Assembly: GCA_951406725.2 (NCBI GenBank) | Contig: OX597817.1 | Span: forward strand, 87,234,001-87,298,000 | Direction: 5' to 3' | Length of the DNA stretch: 64,000 nt | Source: Octopus vulgaris | Taxonomy: Eukaryota | Shown: positions 13,851 through 27,785 of the stretch, in pieces | Layout: every line of letters starts with the position of its first letter | How positions within the stretch are numbered: the stretch's first letter is position 1 | The notes under the pieces: model-generated | Databases searched by the model: none | Told to the model about the DNA's origin: nothing | Seen by the model: the letters and a program-made list of their open reading frames with translations, nothing else | Position numbers and translations under genes: made by a program

Positions 13851-14060
13851 CAGCAATCCTCCGCCATATCGCGGTTCACTTATCGCGTACGCAGTACATC
13901 GTGGACTTTTCTGGCTGGCTAATATATGCACATTTATATCACGGACTCCTCAGTATACTCGAGTTTCTGCGACCGATAGGTATTTATATTTCTTTAGATT
14001 TGATTTTTTTTCTGTGGGTGGTTTTAGAACGTAACACCCGCTATAGTCGATGGATTCCTG
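13851..14060. mobile_element. Tigger/pogo-like MITE with TA target site
   Basis: TA-CAGCAATCCTCCGCCATATCGCGG ... CCCGCTATAGTCGATGGATTCCTG-TA imperfect TIRs; the left end is duplicated at about 13722-13760. Confidence 0.7.
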
Positions 14061-14184
14061 TATATATATATATATATATATATATAATACACGCACACAC
14101 ACATATACATATATTATTCATATTATTATTTGATTGAACGCCACGCATCCATTTCCAAGTAAGTTTTATCTTTATATATATATA

Positions 14185-14379
14185 TATTATATTAAATTAG
14201 AGATAAAACCACTATTAGGCAAATCAAACAATGAAAAACATAAGCCAATACATAAAATTAATTAATTTATATTATTTTAAATATATATCAAAAGTATTAA
14301 AAGTTTAATAAAAGATAAAGAGTAAAACACTACGATCATTTCATGGCTGTACAATTCTTCTGCGGACTCTTTTGCCACG

Positions 14380-14380
<1 letters not shown>
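14185..14380 (-). mobile_element. PLE-type terminal-repeat fragment with the 3' half of a hammerhead
   Basis: Inverted homolog at 54315-54615; minus strand GCCAT-GAAA-TGATCG-TA-GTG; flanked by (TA)n. Confidence 0.5.
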
Positions 14381-14433
<53 letters not shown>

Positions 14434-14440
14434 GTGTGTC

Positions 14441-14485
<45 letters not shown>

Positions 14486-14692
14486 ATCCTGTGCACATAT
14501 GAAGTGATAAGTGCGAATGCAAGAAACTGTCTGTCTTTGAGTCACTTTGTAACTTCTGCCGTTTATTTAAAAAGTCTAACTATATGCACATCTATGGAAA
14601 TCGAATGCAACATATCTAACCACTGGGTCACGTACCTTAACAGACAAACACACACATATGCAAACATACATGCATACATACACATATGTGTG

Positions 14693-14727
<35 letters not shown>

Positions 14728-14733
<6 letters not shown>

Positions 14734-15038
14734 ATCACATGACCGACCAGGCCATCAGATGTTGCTACACATCGCTGGTCACAATGCGCTTCACATTATT
14801 TTAGCCTTCAAATGACGCCACCCCGCTGGCTAAGCGAGCAGGCCAACAGAAGAAAGATTGAGAGAAAGTTATGGCGAAAGAGTACAGCAGGGATCACCAC
14901 CACCCCCTGCCAGAGCCTCGTGGAGCTTTTGGTTTTTTCGCTCAATAAACACTCATAACGCCCGGTCTGGGAATCGAAACCGCGATCCTACGACCGCGAG
15001 TCCGCTGGCCTAACCACTGAGTCATTGCACCTCCACAT
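14728..15038 (-). mobile_element. tRNA-derived SINE family C, full length
   Basis: Minus strand: TGGAGGTGCAATGACTCAGTGGTTAGG (A box)...GGTTTCGATTCCC (B box); its 3' part recurs at 11995 and 34950. Confidence 0.9.
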
Positions 15039-15071
15039 GTATATATATATATATATATATCCCTCTCTCTT

Positions 15072-15109
<38 letters not shown>

Positions 15110-15174
15110 AGTATATATATATATATATATATATACTGAGAGAGAGAGAAAGAGAGAGAGAAAAAGAGAGAGGG

Positions 15175-15235
<61 letters not shown>

Positions 15236-15819
15236 TATAGGAATTATGGAAATAGAATCTGAATGATAAATGTTCAAGAACTGCGGGAACTGTTATTGGG
15301 TACAATTGATATCCTGTACACTTGATAAGCCAAACTACAGCTTTATATATTCATGACCAGTTCATTGTGAGCAGTTACATACCACTGCATAGAATAACCA
15401 CTTTTTGATTGTTCAACATATCCTCTTGAGTTTAATTTAGTATTTATGGCTGAGCAATTCTATAGGAATAGCATGATATTATCTGCAAGTTTTGGTTGAC
15501 TTAGAAAACTTAGGTTTATTATACAATTAATTGCCTAAGTTATAAACGATATAAATGTCAAACGTATTGAGTTTCAAAGGTCATTGGATTAGGAATTCCT
15601 AAATGACAAGCAATCCATTGTGTTTATCTCAACCTCTTCATCAGTCTAATGATTGATATGATTGATTGTTTTCTTCGTAATCTTTTGGTATATTCACTTC
15701 GATTTACATTGGCTCGAAGATTTACAAAATGAAATTACATAACTTGTGAAAACTTTCGCTAATGAATACAAATGTCAATTTGCATTATTTGTCTGCCTTT
15801 AATTATCTTTTAGATGTTA

Positions 15820-16054
15820 GCTTTTACTTGTTTCTGTCATTTGAATGCAGCCATGCGGGGGCACCACCGTGAAGAATTTTTAGTCGAATGGATCGACCTC
15901 AGTACTTTTATTTTTGTTATTCTTTAGGCCTGGTACTTATTCTATAGGTCTCTTTGTCGAACTACTAACTTGGGGGGACGTAAACACAGCAACATCGGCT
16001 GTCAAGCGGTGGTGGGGGACAAACACTGATACAAAACACACACACACACGCACG

Positions 16055-16095
<41 letters not shown>

Positions 16096-16710
16096 GCACA
16101 CATTTCGTTTTTGGATTTGGTTTGCAAGATTCTTTATGGGAGTTCGGACGGACTTCTTTCAGTTTCTTATTTCCTTATTGCCCACAAGGGGCTAAACATA
16201 GAGGGGACAAACAAGGACAGCCAAAGGGACTAAGTCGATTACATCGACCCCAGTACGTAACTGGTACTTAATTTATCGACCCCGAAATGATGAAAGGCAA
16301 AGTCGACCTCGGTGGAATTTGAACTCAGAACGCAATGGCAGGCGAAATACCTATTTCTTTACTACCCACAACAGAGGAGACAAACAAGGACAGACAGTCG
16401 GATTAAGTCGATTATATCGACCCCAGTACGTAACTGGTACTTAATTTATAGACCACGAAAGGATGAAAGGCAAGGTCGACCTCGGCGGAATTTGAACTCA
16501 GAACGTAACGGCAGACGAAATACGGCTGCGCATTTCGCCCGGCGTGCTAACGTTTCTGCCAGCTCGCCGCCTTCTTTCAGTTTCTGTCAACCAAATCCAC
16601 TGACAATGTTTTGGTCGACCCGAAGCTATAATAGAAGACAGTTGCTCAAAATGCCACGCAGTGAGACTGAACCCGGAACCATGTGGTTGGGAAGTAAGTT
16701 TCTTATTACA
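15820..16710 (-). mobile_element. SINE family B interrupted by nested family A copies
   Basis: B tail at 15820-15870 and B head at 16572-16710, with an insert between. Confidence 0.85.
16167..16571 (-). mobile_element. SINE family A dimer with 15-bp TSD
   Basis: Two A units; CTTCTTTCAGTTTCT at 16153-16167 and 16571-16585. Confidence 0.9.
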
Positions 16711-16914
16711 GTTATTACACTATTTATAATAGTGATAATTTTATTTTGGAATTATTTATGAAATTAGTGGCCTGAAAGAAGTATAATTTCATGCTAAAAC
16801 AAAGTTTTCATTCTATCTATGTTCATCCTCCTAAGTTCTGTTTATAATTCCTATCAACTGACACTGCTTTTCATTCCACTCGAGTCGACTAAATAAGTAT
16901 TAGTAATAATAGCT

Positions 16915-17085
16915 TTATTATAGGTACTAAGTCTGAAATTTGCGTCGGGGGCTAGACGATTACATCGAGCCCAAAATAGATAAATGCTGGTCTCGGTGAT
17001 ATTTGAGCTCAGAACGTAAGGAGGGACAAAGTGCTGGTAAGCTTTTTATGAGGCATGGTAGCAATTCTACCAGTTGGCTGCCTTT
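16915..17085 (-). mobile_element. SINE family A, old/degenerate
   Basis: Diverged match to the A consensus. Confidence 0.6.
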
Positions 17086-17591
17086 CTATTGGTGATAACA
17101 ATATAATAGAATTGAATATGATCCATTCGAAACAATTCTACTCTTTTATATCAATTGTGACCTTCTACAAAAAAAAATATTAAAAGTATAAAGTTTTAAG
17201 AGTTGAACTTATGATATTGGTTACCTGTCTCCAATTACGTTCCAGTTGTAGTTTTCTAATCATTACATAGCATCATGATATTCTATTTTTTTAGCCACAC
17301 AAATTATCTTCTACAATTTTATGACTCTAATAGATTTTTCATGTTTTCTATTTCTAAATATAAGAGAAATCCCAATATTCTCATTAATATTCAGTTCACC
17401 AAGTGTCAAAAGAAAACTATTTGGTTACCTTTCATCTGTAGTGTCACTGGATCACCTTTGAATTTACATAAAATTAGTCTAAAAACTATTTATGTTAGTT
17501 CCTCAATTTGAACCCAGCATTACTAACTAATAAATCAATTCGTTATAGTAATACGTCTATACCTCACATAAATGAATGTTAATTTTCTATA

Positions 17592-17885
17592 ATGGAGGCA
17601 CATGGCATAGTGGTCAAAGTAGTGGTCGAGGGGTCGCGGGTTCGAATCTCAGACCGGGCGATATATGTGTTTATGAGCGAAACACCTAAGCTCCACGCGG
17701 CTCCGGCAGAAGGTAATGGCGAACTTCTGCGGACTCTTTTGCCACAACTTTCTCTCGCTCTTTCCTCCTGCATCTTGCAGCTCACCTGCGACGGACTGGC
17801 GTCCCGTCCAGGTGGGGAACCCATACGCCAAGGAAACCGGGAAACCGGCCCTAATGAGCCAGGCATGGCTCGAGAAGGAAAAAAC
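17592..17885 (+). mobile_element. tRNA-derived SINE, C-related head with a different 3' half
   Basis: TGGAGGCACATGGCATAGTGG (A box), GGGTTCGAATCTC (B box); shares AAACACCTAAGCTCCACG with family C; ends TCCCGTCCAGGTGGGGAA..GGAAACCGGGAAACCGGCC. Confidence 0.85.
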
Positions 17886-19764
17886 AAATATTCTATAATG
17901 GGGAGTTAAAACTTTGTTCTTACTGCTGGTAAATCTTCTCTCTATCTTGTAGGTCGGTGCAAAGTCAACTCATCTAGCTACGCTATTTTAAGATGGCGCA
18001 CTTCCTTTAATTATATCCACTAATTAAGTTGCTTATATTTTCAGTAACAAACTTATACTTATTTATCTGCAAACATATTATATAGAGATAATAGCTGTTA
18101 TTTATATACATATATAAGTACACGGGGTTCTATTAAATTCACAGAAATAAGCGGGAAAATAAATGCAAGTAATTTTTTACAAGAGGCTCAGAAGCAGAAA
18201 TAAATTGAGTGCAAATGATTGATTATGAGAAAATAGCAAATTCGGATAAATTTGGAATGACATGATTTGCAAATGTATAAATATAATAAAGAGATATGCA
18301 TCAAAACAATGTTAAACGTTAGACAAAGCAAAAATAAAACAAGGAGGAAATTGTGTGAAAGTGAAAGAATCTAACAACTATAGTAATAACAACAGCAACA
18401 ACAACAACAACAACAACAACAAAAGCCGCTTCACTAATAGTATCAAAATAGATGTTCTCAAAAAAGAAAGTGCCAATCTGATTAATTATAAAATCAGAAC
18501 AAATTTTAAAAATTGAAAATCGTGACATCAGTTTTTATAGAAGAAACTAAAGAAACTTGGGTTTGGAGAAAAATGGTGATTCACCAATAAATAAATAAAT
18601 ATATAAATAAATAAAGATAAAATAAGAATCTGAATAAAATAAAAAAAAACAAGAGTAATATGAAATAAAATAAATAAATTGAGAGAAAACGATAAAACGA
18701 GTCACGAAATATGTAGGGGCGAAAATCACGTGACTGAGCTAAACCGGAAATAATTAACCGAAAAAGAATTACTTAATATATGACTCTCAATATTTTGTAT
18801 TTTGTTTATGATTTTATCTTTTCCTTGTCTTTGTCTTCTTATCTTTTCATTTCCTGTTTCTCCTGCTCTTTTGTTCCATTTCTCAACACGTTATCTTTAT
18901 AGTGTTTTGAGAAATGGCTACAGTTGGTCGTCATTGTCTTATACCAAAATGATATTTCGTGATAAAGGAGATGAGATATAACTGGGTACAGAATGAAGAG
19001 AACTTTCTCCAGTTCGTTGTTTCTCCTTCATTGTATACTTATAGGCAGCAAAACAATGTTAAACGTTAGACAAAACAAAACAAAACAAGGAGGAAATAAT
19101 GTGAAAGTGAAAAAATCTTACATATACTCTCTTGAATTTTTCTCATAACTTTAGCTACATGTATCCATCTACGGGTGAATGATTATCGTAGCAATATCTT
19201 AGCTCAGCAATACAAATCGAATAATCGTTTCGAGTACCGTTAATTTCTGCAGTGAGTTCAGCACCGACCCTAAATTAAATGTAATTACTATTGCAATAAT
19301 CAAATTTTGTTGTATTGACTCAATCTTTTGCGAGTAAGAAGACTCTATTGAAGTACACAAAGGCATTCAATTACTCACCAATTTCTTCTTATTTCAGATA
19401 CACTCACACTTAATTACATTCTTAAGTTTTGGCAGACACATGTTCTATCTCATAAATAGTACTGCAAAGATTCGTATTGAACGTCCTTGGTTTCCCGTAG
19501 AAAATGAAAACTACGTATCGTATACATCATACAGAGGAAATGTTTATAGGCAATAGCATTTTGATGAAATATCACTTCACATAAGTAATTAAAAAGGTGA
19601 AATAAACTCGAATCAGTACTTTTTAAAAGTATATAACATAAACATTAAACACCAAACGCGATACGGTTTTTGAAGTGTGCATACCATTAAGGCAGATGGT
19701 GATGTTAAGCTGGGCGATGAATTAAGTATACTATTCAGATCGAAGAATATACCCCAAACCCTTG

Positions 19765-19918
19765 TGCTTCCATGCAGTTTTCATTGACCAAATTTCTCTC
19801 GAGACTTTAGTTAACGTGAAGCCATGTTAAAATACGCGTGTACAAGTTGTCAGAGTAGCGCCCTCGAATCTGGAACCATGTGATTGTGAAGCGATTTCCT
19901 TAACTACGCAGCCATGTT
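19765..19918 (-). mobile_element. SINE family B head, degenerate
   Basis: Minus strand ATGGCTGCGTAGTTAAGG..CACATGGTTCCAGATTCG. Confidence 0.6.
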
Positions 19919-20416
19919 TATGCTTATTGTTTTATAACAGAACCAATGGGAAATTCTTTGACAACACATTTATATCAATAGATAAACAGTTTCTGCTAGA
20001 TCTACACCTTAATTATTTATAATATGGAGTCCTTCTAATGGAGAGTGACAATATACATAGCTTTATCTTTTTATGAGAGAAAAAAATTAGATTTGTGAAG
20101 TTTCTGCTTTGTTCGTAATGGAATTACTTGTGTATTTCAAATGAAATAACTAGTCAAAAAGCTAAAGTCATCAACGCCTCGGTTTGATTGGTAAAGAGAC
20201 TTCCAAATAAAGTACAGAAATATATGTTAATACAACTAATTTGTTGATAACTAAACACTTGAAAATGATGTTCCAGCATAGTCAGAGTCTAATGACTAAA
20301 ATCAATAAAAAAAAGATTAAAAATGTAGGACTTAATACTGTTTAACTAAAAATGATATCCATTTGGCGATGGTTATCATGTGATTCATATCTTCAATGTT
20401 CTGCACACAGGTACAC

Positions 20417-20461
<45 letters not shown>

Positions 20462-20884
20462 CCGCTCCTCTCACGTACATACACACCATATATTACTCAG
20501 AGATTGCAATCAAAACCAGGGACATCTGGTGATCTGATTGCTGGATTACAGCGGGATGCTGATCCGCGGTGTTCTTGAATCTGCTCCTGAAACAGGTGAA
20601 CTGGTTTTTAAACAGTGACTTTATGTTGAATCAGATTGAACGGGTTTCTTTACTTGACAGCTTGGTTGACTGGTCTGATGATGAACCAGACTTTTCTGGA
20701 TCTATTCTCATCAAATGCAGGTTAATTGATTACCTGATACTCATTCTCCCTAAAGGTAGGTAAACTAATTAGAGGACAATGATATGGAAATTAATATTGG
20801 TATATTGATTTGGAGTATATTTTTCCAAAACAAGTCACGTAACCTAGAGCACAAAATATATATCACCCTATCCTTAAATATGCT

Positions 20885-21700
20885 AATTTTTTATTACCCA
20901 CAGGGGGCTATACAAAGAATGGGACAAATACAAAACGCGACAAACATAAACTCGGGGAACTTAAAAATTACAAAAAGAAGATGAAATAAGAAGAAAAAAT
21001 TAAAAGAAACAAATGAAAATATAAAAGAGTATAAAATGAGGCGCAATGCCTACTCGACCCCGGAAGTCGAGTGGTTACATTTAGACAGTTTTTCTCTTTT
21101 TCATAAAATGAATATCTATTTCAATAGTCCTTTTTTTTCCACAAAATTAAATTAGAATTTTTCTTTTCAGTTTTCGAATTCGATTATAGGAGGTGGAATC
21201 TTATGCAACCAACACCATTTCACCATTTTTACATTTTTGGCAAATCCATCCATGAATCTTTCATACCTCTCCCTAGATATCAAAATACCTCTATCATCTG
21301 TATCAAAACTGTTTCCTGACAGCTTCACTCTCACCAGTTCCTTCACTTTCGCAACTTTTCTTTCCGCATCCACAATTTTTTCTTACGTTATAGAAGCACC
21401 CTCATATTTATATAGTTCATTTTCTATTTCTTCCTCTCTCTCTCTTGCTTATACTTACCTTTCTTGCTTTCTACTGAATGCTCACTTGCCTTAGATTTCT
21501 TTCTTCTTTTGGGGCTTATAACCCCATCACTCTCCTCCTTTCTTTCTTTCACCTCACTTTTCTTCTTCACTTAAACTTTCTGGGTACAATCCTCCTCAAT
21601 TATTCTTTCCTCTGTTTGTAATTTATCCTCAATTTTCTCTTTCTCTGTAATTTCTCCTTAATTTGTAATTCCAACTGCTCTTTCCTTTGGTCTTTCCTTA
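20885..21700 (-). mobile_element. L1/Tx1-like remnant: ORF1 C-terminal-like peptide followed by a 3' UTR/polyA
   Basis: ORF 21167-21373 (FDTDD..W) loosely resembles ORF 57141-57401 (FDTEHD..W). The minus strand ends TTGTCCC..TAGCCCCCTGTGGGTAATAAAAAA. Confidence 0.45.
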
Positions 21701-22192
21701 AATATGTGCTACTCTGTTATCAAAGCATGTGCTATTAGTGATAAAATATTTTATGCATTATTTGTGGTCAAAATGTGCGTCATCAAGACGTACGATTTTT
21801 CATCAAAATATGTACCATTTGTCATCAAATTATGTACTACATTGTCATCTGATAAGGTACTGTTTGTGACAAAAATATGTAACATTTATGATCTAAATAC
21901 GAACTATTTGACTTCATAAAAGTGTAGCACCAATTTTACAATCAGCCTTATGCATATGGAATAATTTACTAGGATTGACAATTATACACACACATGCAAA
22001 AAAATCTACTTGAAGAAAATATTCTCGGGCCAACAAGTGAATAGTGATAGAGAAGCCTGTTTTAAGGCTGTTAAGACATTGATAATCAGCAAATTGTTAT
22101 GATACCCATAAACATATATAGAGATAACAGTTGACTTCGTTATTTACATTATTTACATTTGACGGATATTTGTTCTCATCTTGTTTGTTGTT

Positions 22193-22238
22193 AACACAAC
22201 GTTTCGGCTGATATACCCTCCAGCCTTCATCAGGTGTC
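22193..22238 (-). ncRNA. Minimal type-I hammerhead ribozyme, intact core
   Basis: Minus strand: GACAC-CTGATGA-A-GGCTG-GAGGGTATAT-CAGCC-GAAA-CG-TT-GTGTT. Confidence 0.8.
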
Positions 22239-22297
22239 TTGGAGAAATTTCGAACCAGAATTCTCATTCCTAAGGTATTTTTCGATGTTGTTGTTGC

Positions 22298-22464
<167 letters not shown>

Positions 22465-22625
22465 TCACTGCCTGGAATCGAACTCGGAATCTTGGGGTTA
22501 GTAGCTCGCGCTCTTAACCACTACACCATATGCCCGTGACGTAGTGGTTAAGAGCGCGGGCTACTAACCCCAAGATTCCGAGTTCGATTCCAGACATTGA
22601 CCTGAATAACAACAACAACAACAAC

Positions 22626-22678
<53 letters not shown>

Positions 22679-22760
22679 TAATAATAATAATAATAATAGC
22701 AACAACAACAACATCGAAAAATACCTTAGGAATGAGAACCCAGGTATGAAATTTCCCCAA

Positions 22761-22806
22761 GACACTTGATGAAGGTCGGAGGGTATATTAGCCGAAACGT
22801 TGTGTT
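22761..22806 (+). ncRNA. Hammerhead copy with C3>U and stem II mutations
   Basis: GACAC-TTGATGA-A-GGTCG..TAGCC-GAAA-CG-TT-GTGTT. Confidence 0.55.
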
Positions 22807-23339
22807 GACAACAAACAAGATGAGGACAAATATCTGTCAAATGTAAATAATGTACATAATTCTTCATCTCTTAAATATAGAACTGTATTAACAGTTGACT
22901 TGTATTTTACTGCCTTAAATACATTATCTGAATTAGTCATACTATGAAGATAAAAGTAACTCAAACAACCACATATAAATGTAAATATTACTCATTTTTA
23001 AAGAATTATATTTAAGAGTTAGATATTAACTATGTTATTTGGATTTCCCTTATAATTATGGAATTCAAGCCTCATTTTCTTTTCCTTCTGGGTTTGTATC
23101 ATTTAAACAGTACTTTCAAAAACAGCATAGTAAATGTCAAAAACATCAAAGAAAGAACATTTTTGTCATATTCTAAAAATAATTATATAACTTAATTGCA
23201 TTAGAACAATTTTTAAAAAAATACCTTTATTGAAACCAAATTTTGCTCCAGTGCAGTACAAGTTAGTGATATTTATGATCAACACATAGAGTAACACAAC
23301 AAAATTGATAACTATGTTAAATTTTATATATTTTGTTTT

Positions 23340-23700
23340 TATGTTTTATTTATTTCAGTCATTAGACTGCATCCAAGCTGGGGCACCACCTTGAAGAGTT
23401 AAGTCGAACAAATCGATCCCAGTATTTATTTTCTGAAGCGTGGTACTTATTATATTGCTTTCTTTTGTCGAACGGCTAAGTTACGGAGACGTAAACAAAC
23501 CAACATTGATTGTCAAACACACACACGCGCGTGCGCACACACACGTACATAGGTATTTAGTTTTCGTCTATGAAATTCACTCACAAGGTTTCGGTCTGCC
23601 CGAGTTTATAGTTGATGACACTTGCCCAAACTGCCACACAGTGGGACCGAATCCGGAACCATGTGGTTGGAAAGTAAGCATCTTACCACACACCCATGCT
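23340..23700 (-). mobile_element. SINE family B
   Basis: Head at 23560-23700 and tail at 23345-23395 match the other copies. Confidence 0.85.
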
Positions 23701-24805
23701 TGAATAACATCGATTTCGATGATTTTGTGGAACCGGACAATCAACGGTACAGTTTAACTATTCAACTAATAAAATCACGCAATCTATCGCATATATAGGC
23801 AAGTTTCTAGTACATCGGTTCTATGAAACTGCTTCGTTTAACCAACTGTAACGTTCATATGACGCTTATGTCCGGTCTGCTACATTAAGCGGATGTAATA
23901 TATAACTTTCCTGGAGAGCATATCAGTTTATCACTGGGTAGTATGTTGAGACCAACAGAATAAGATTTAAAAAAACTCGTTAATTATTTACAGCAGGTGG
24001 AAGGTGGCGTTACACCATCATGCAGTACCAATTTTGAACTAAGCTTGCTCAACGAATAGCAAATTGATCATGGACACAGCTTCTTGATAGAGACATGATA
24101 TGAAGAGAAGACCTTTCGATTGGTTGTCTGGTATGCTATCACCTTGTCCATTTAAACACTCCTTATTCACATGAGATTATGAGATATCGGGACGGATTTA
24201 AAAAAAAATTTCAAAGGAATAAAAATAGAATCAAATGGAAATTCTTCGCCTTTTTGCAAAGAACAGAACGCTTCAAGGAAGTTGCTGACCTTTTTGACAG
24301 AAGAAAATTAGTAAAGTGAAGAACAGAAAGGAAGAAAGAAATGTTAGAAAAAAACTAGTGAGGTTTAACGACTTTATTTCCCCAACTGAGAAATAAACAT
24401 TGAGCTGAATTAATTAAATTTAAGTTATTTCAATGAGATCTTAATTTCATTTAGTCACTCAGTGTTAATTTTTTGAAATCTGTCAACGACATGCAGTTCT
24501 TCACGCCGATTAAGCTCTATCTTGTGAAATACAAAATTTGAAATACATAATCCATGTTATATGATTATGGAACAGATGGTTTCAGAAGAGAATACTTTTC
24601 GGTCAATCAATGAGTAAAATTTACTAATGATGACTGTGGCGGTGGTGATAGCGTAGGAGTGGTGTTTCGTGACGGTATAAGTAGTTGTGATTGATGGCTG
24701 TGAGCATAGTGATAGATGGAGTGATAATGAGATGAGGATTAGTGAGGATGAATGAGATATGAACTATCGTTACACCACGACAGCAGCGACTTTTGTAGTG
24801 ATAGA

Positions 24806-24833
24806 TGTGGTGGTGGCGGCGGCGATGGTGATA

Positions 24834-24864
<31 letters not shown>

Positions 24865-24915
24865 GGAGGAGGAGGAGGAGGAGGAGGAGGAGGAGGATAA
24901 CGATGATGATGATGA
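24806..24915. repeat. (GGT/GAT/GAG)n trinucleotide array
   Basis: Direct observation. Confidence 0.9.
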
Positions 24916-27391
24916 CGGTGTTGATGATCATTGTAGTTTAAATTTTAATATTGATAGCACTGGTTGCTTTTGTGATTGTAGAGGAACAGGAATGTTAATA
25001 CTATGTTATTACTTCTGTTAACATTGAATCAGTCTTCACTTCAAACCATACTGAAATAGAAATTAAATTCTGAAACTGAATATCTCTATGCAGAAATGAT
25101 AGAATAATTTCAGTTTGCACTCAAAACCAATTCATATATTAATAAAAACAGTACAGTAAATTTAACTCGAACCAGAATGTTACTGCTATATTGATAACGT
25201 ATATACAGTTCTAGTTTACAAGCTATCGGACAAGCAGTCAAGAGAATTGTACTGAAATATTGCACACAGGAGCCAGTCCGTATCCTCGACAAAGCCTTCA
25301 GTCTCTCTCTGTATCTCTCTCATCCTCTTGCACTCTCCTCCTCTCTCTCCTCTCTCTCTCTCTCTCCCTCTTTCTCCCTCACTCTCTCTCTCTCTCTCGT
25401 CATCTCTATCTTTAGAAACATACAACCGAGTACCCGATCTTACCCTAGTAAACACTTCCAATACCTAAAAATTAATGGAGAAATAATGGAAACAAAACAA
25501 AATGTACCAATGCCAGCACATTGAGTTTATAGTAGAGATTCTTTGTAGCCATATGCCAGCCAGCTTGAAAATTTGGAAGGAGTAACTTAACACTCTTAGT
25601 GACAAATGTAATAGTATTGACTTGTATTTTGTTGAGTTACTGAGTTCAACTTTTCCCATAAGTTTAAGATTCATAAAGTTGATTTTCTTTAAATATATGA
25701 AGACAAAATGCTGCCACTGTATACCCAAGTGTTACAAACTTTGAGCAGATATTTGTTTTTTAAAATGACCATAGATGAGTTAACTTTAACGTGTTTCCGA
25801 TATATGCGGAATACGTAATCTAACATATACGACACTTGCTAAAATTAACTCACGAGAAAAACTTCTGTGTAAACTATTTTTTCTCTCAAATGTAAACATG
25901 GCTCTTTTTCTATTCCGTTCTAAGAACTTACAAACTGATTTAAAAACATAGGCCTAATATGTTGGTATGAGAAACAAAGTTTTGAAACTCTTGGGAAATA
26001 TCCAGAGAAAACATTTCGAAAGCACTTCAAAACACTAAACAATAATTTATCATCCAATATAGAAGAGAGTGAAACACATTTATTAATACTTTGTAAAATG
26101 TTCATAGTTCATAGCAGCCCGATCTTACATCATTACACAACAGGATAATCTGGCTTTGTTGCACAGTTTCCAATGCAGGCGCACAGTCATCCTAAAGACC
26201 AATGAACTACTGAAAGAGAAAAACTATTATTTCTTGTTATATATGAGAATATTCAGCGATGAAGCAGATATCCCGAGTGTATTTTCAATTATATAAAACA
26301 TAGAGAAACATGTCGATTCAAAATGGCTGCAGTAAAAGAGTGAAATGAGCTTCAGATATATAGGAATTATTTAACCTCGGGTTTTAAGAGAAGAGGAGCG
26401 ATATCAACGTTGAGGCATCTACTCATCTGTGCTACTTTGCCAGGAAATTCGACGCTTATGTCTGGAAACGAGTTTTCAAAACAGATACTCCTGCTAATCC
26501 ATTAGAAGATTCATCATATCTGAATGGCGGCGTCGTCATAAATATTAAAAACGGCAAAGCTGGTTCCCCAAACTAAAAATATCATCTTTGGATTTTTCTT
26601 CTAAACAAATATCAGTTTACAAAACAGGTAATATGTTGTGTTGCTGTGAACCAACTTCCAAGGTTTCTCAGAATTTGAGCTACATAAAGTCAAGTTGCCA
26701 ATTTGCTACTTGGTGCCAGAAAAATAAACAAGGAACTAAAACAAAGGCCATTAGATGCCAGCCCTTGTTATTGTGATGTCATACCAATTGTCTAATATTA
26801 TGGCCAGTTGTTGTCATTCTCAGGGTGATAACTCATTGGTGATGATTTTGTAAGTGCGTCAAACGAGGTTTCAAACAAGTTTAAAATCCTTCTCACTTTT
26901 ATAGTGACAGCGTGATGTCTAGTTAGTTTTCGAATTGTCACCGTGTTTGGAAACAATTACAATACTCTCAAAAAGATTACAAATACGGAGGACATATAGA
27001 TCTTACCTTCTTTTGGGGACTTGAAGAAAGACCTGTTCAACATAAGGAAGGTGTTGAAAATTACTTTTCAAGTATCAAATGAACTCTAACCTTAAGCCAT
27101 TTCAAACCTTGTGTATTACATGAAAGAATTATAAAACATACAAAGCGGCAATATGGAATTAATCTTTTAGGTAAACATATTCTAATATATTATAAACAAA
27201 GTATTAATATAGAAACGTGTTAAAACGTACTACAAATGCATATTCTGTCTTTGACTACTGTGGAAGATAAGGGCTACATGTCCCATTTTGTCTTCAATGC
27301 AAGACAAAGGCACAATATTTTTTGTAGGTTTGCTCTTTATAAAACTTTCTGTCTATCTGTCTGCCTGCCTGTCTCTCTCTCTCTCTCTCTG

Positions 27392-27426
<35 letters not shown>

Positions 27427-27559
27427 GTTTGGATTTTACCTGCTTTCATTTTTTTATCTCGCCTATTTTTCTTTCTTTCAATTTCTGGGATCCAAGTATA
27501 CCTTATGTTTAAACCAAGCAACTAGCTTGAATGAAGAAACACGCGTGCCTACATATCAG

Positions 27560-27785
<226 letters not shown>

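Noticed and set aside
20500-20760. Moderately GC-rich, exon-like stretch
   Set aside because: The frames I checked contain stops; could not be assigned.
24752-25021. Acidic D/E-rich ORF
   Set aside because: Produced by a (GAT)n(GAG)n microsatellite; no splice or homology support.
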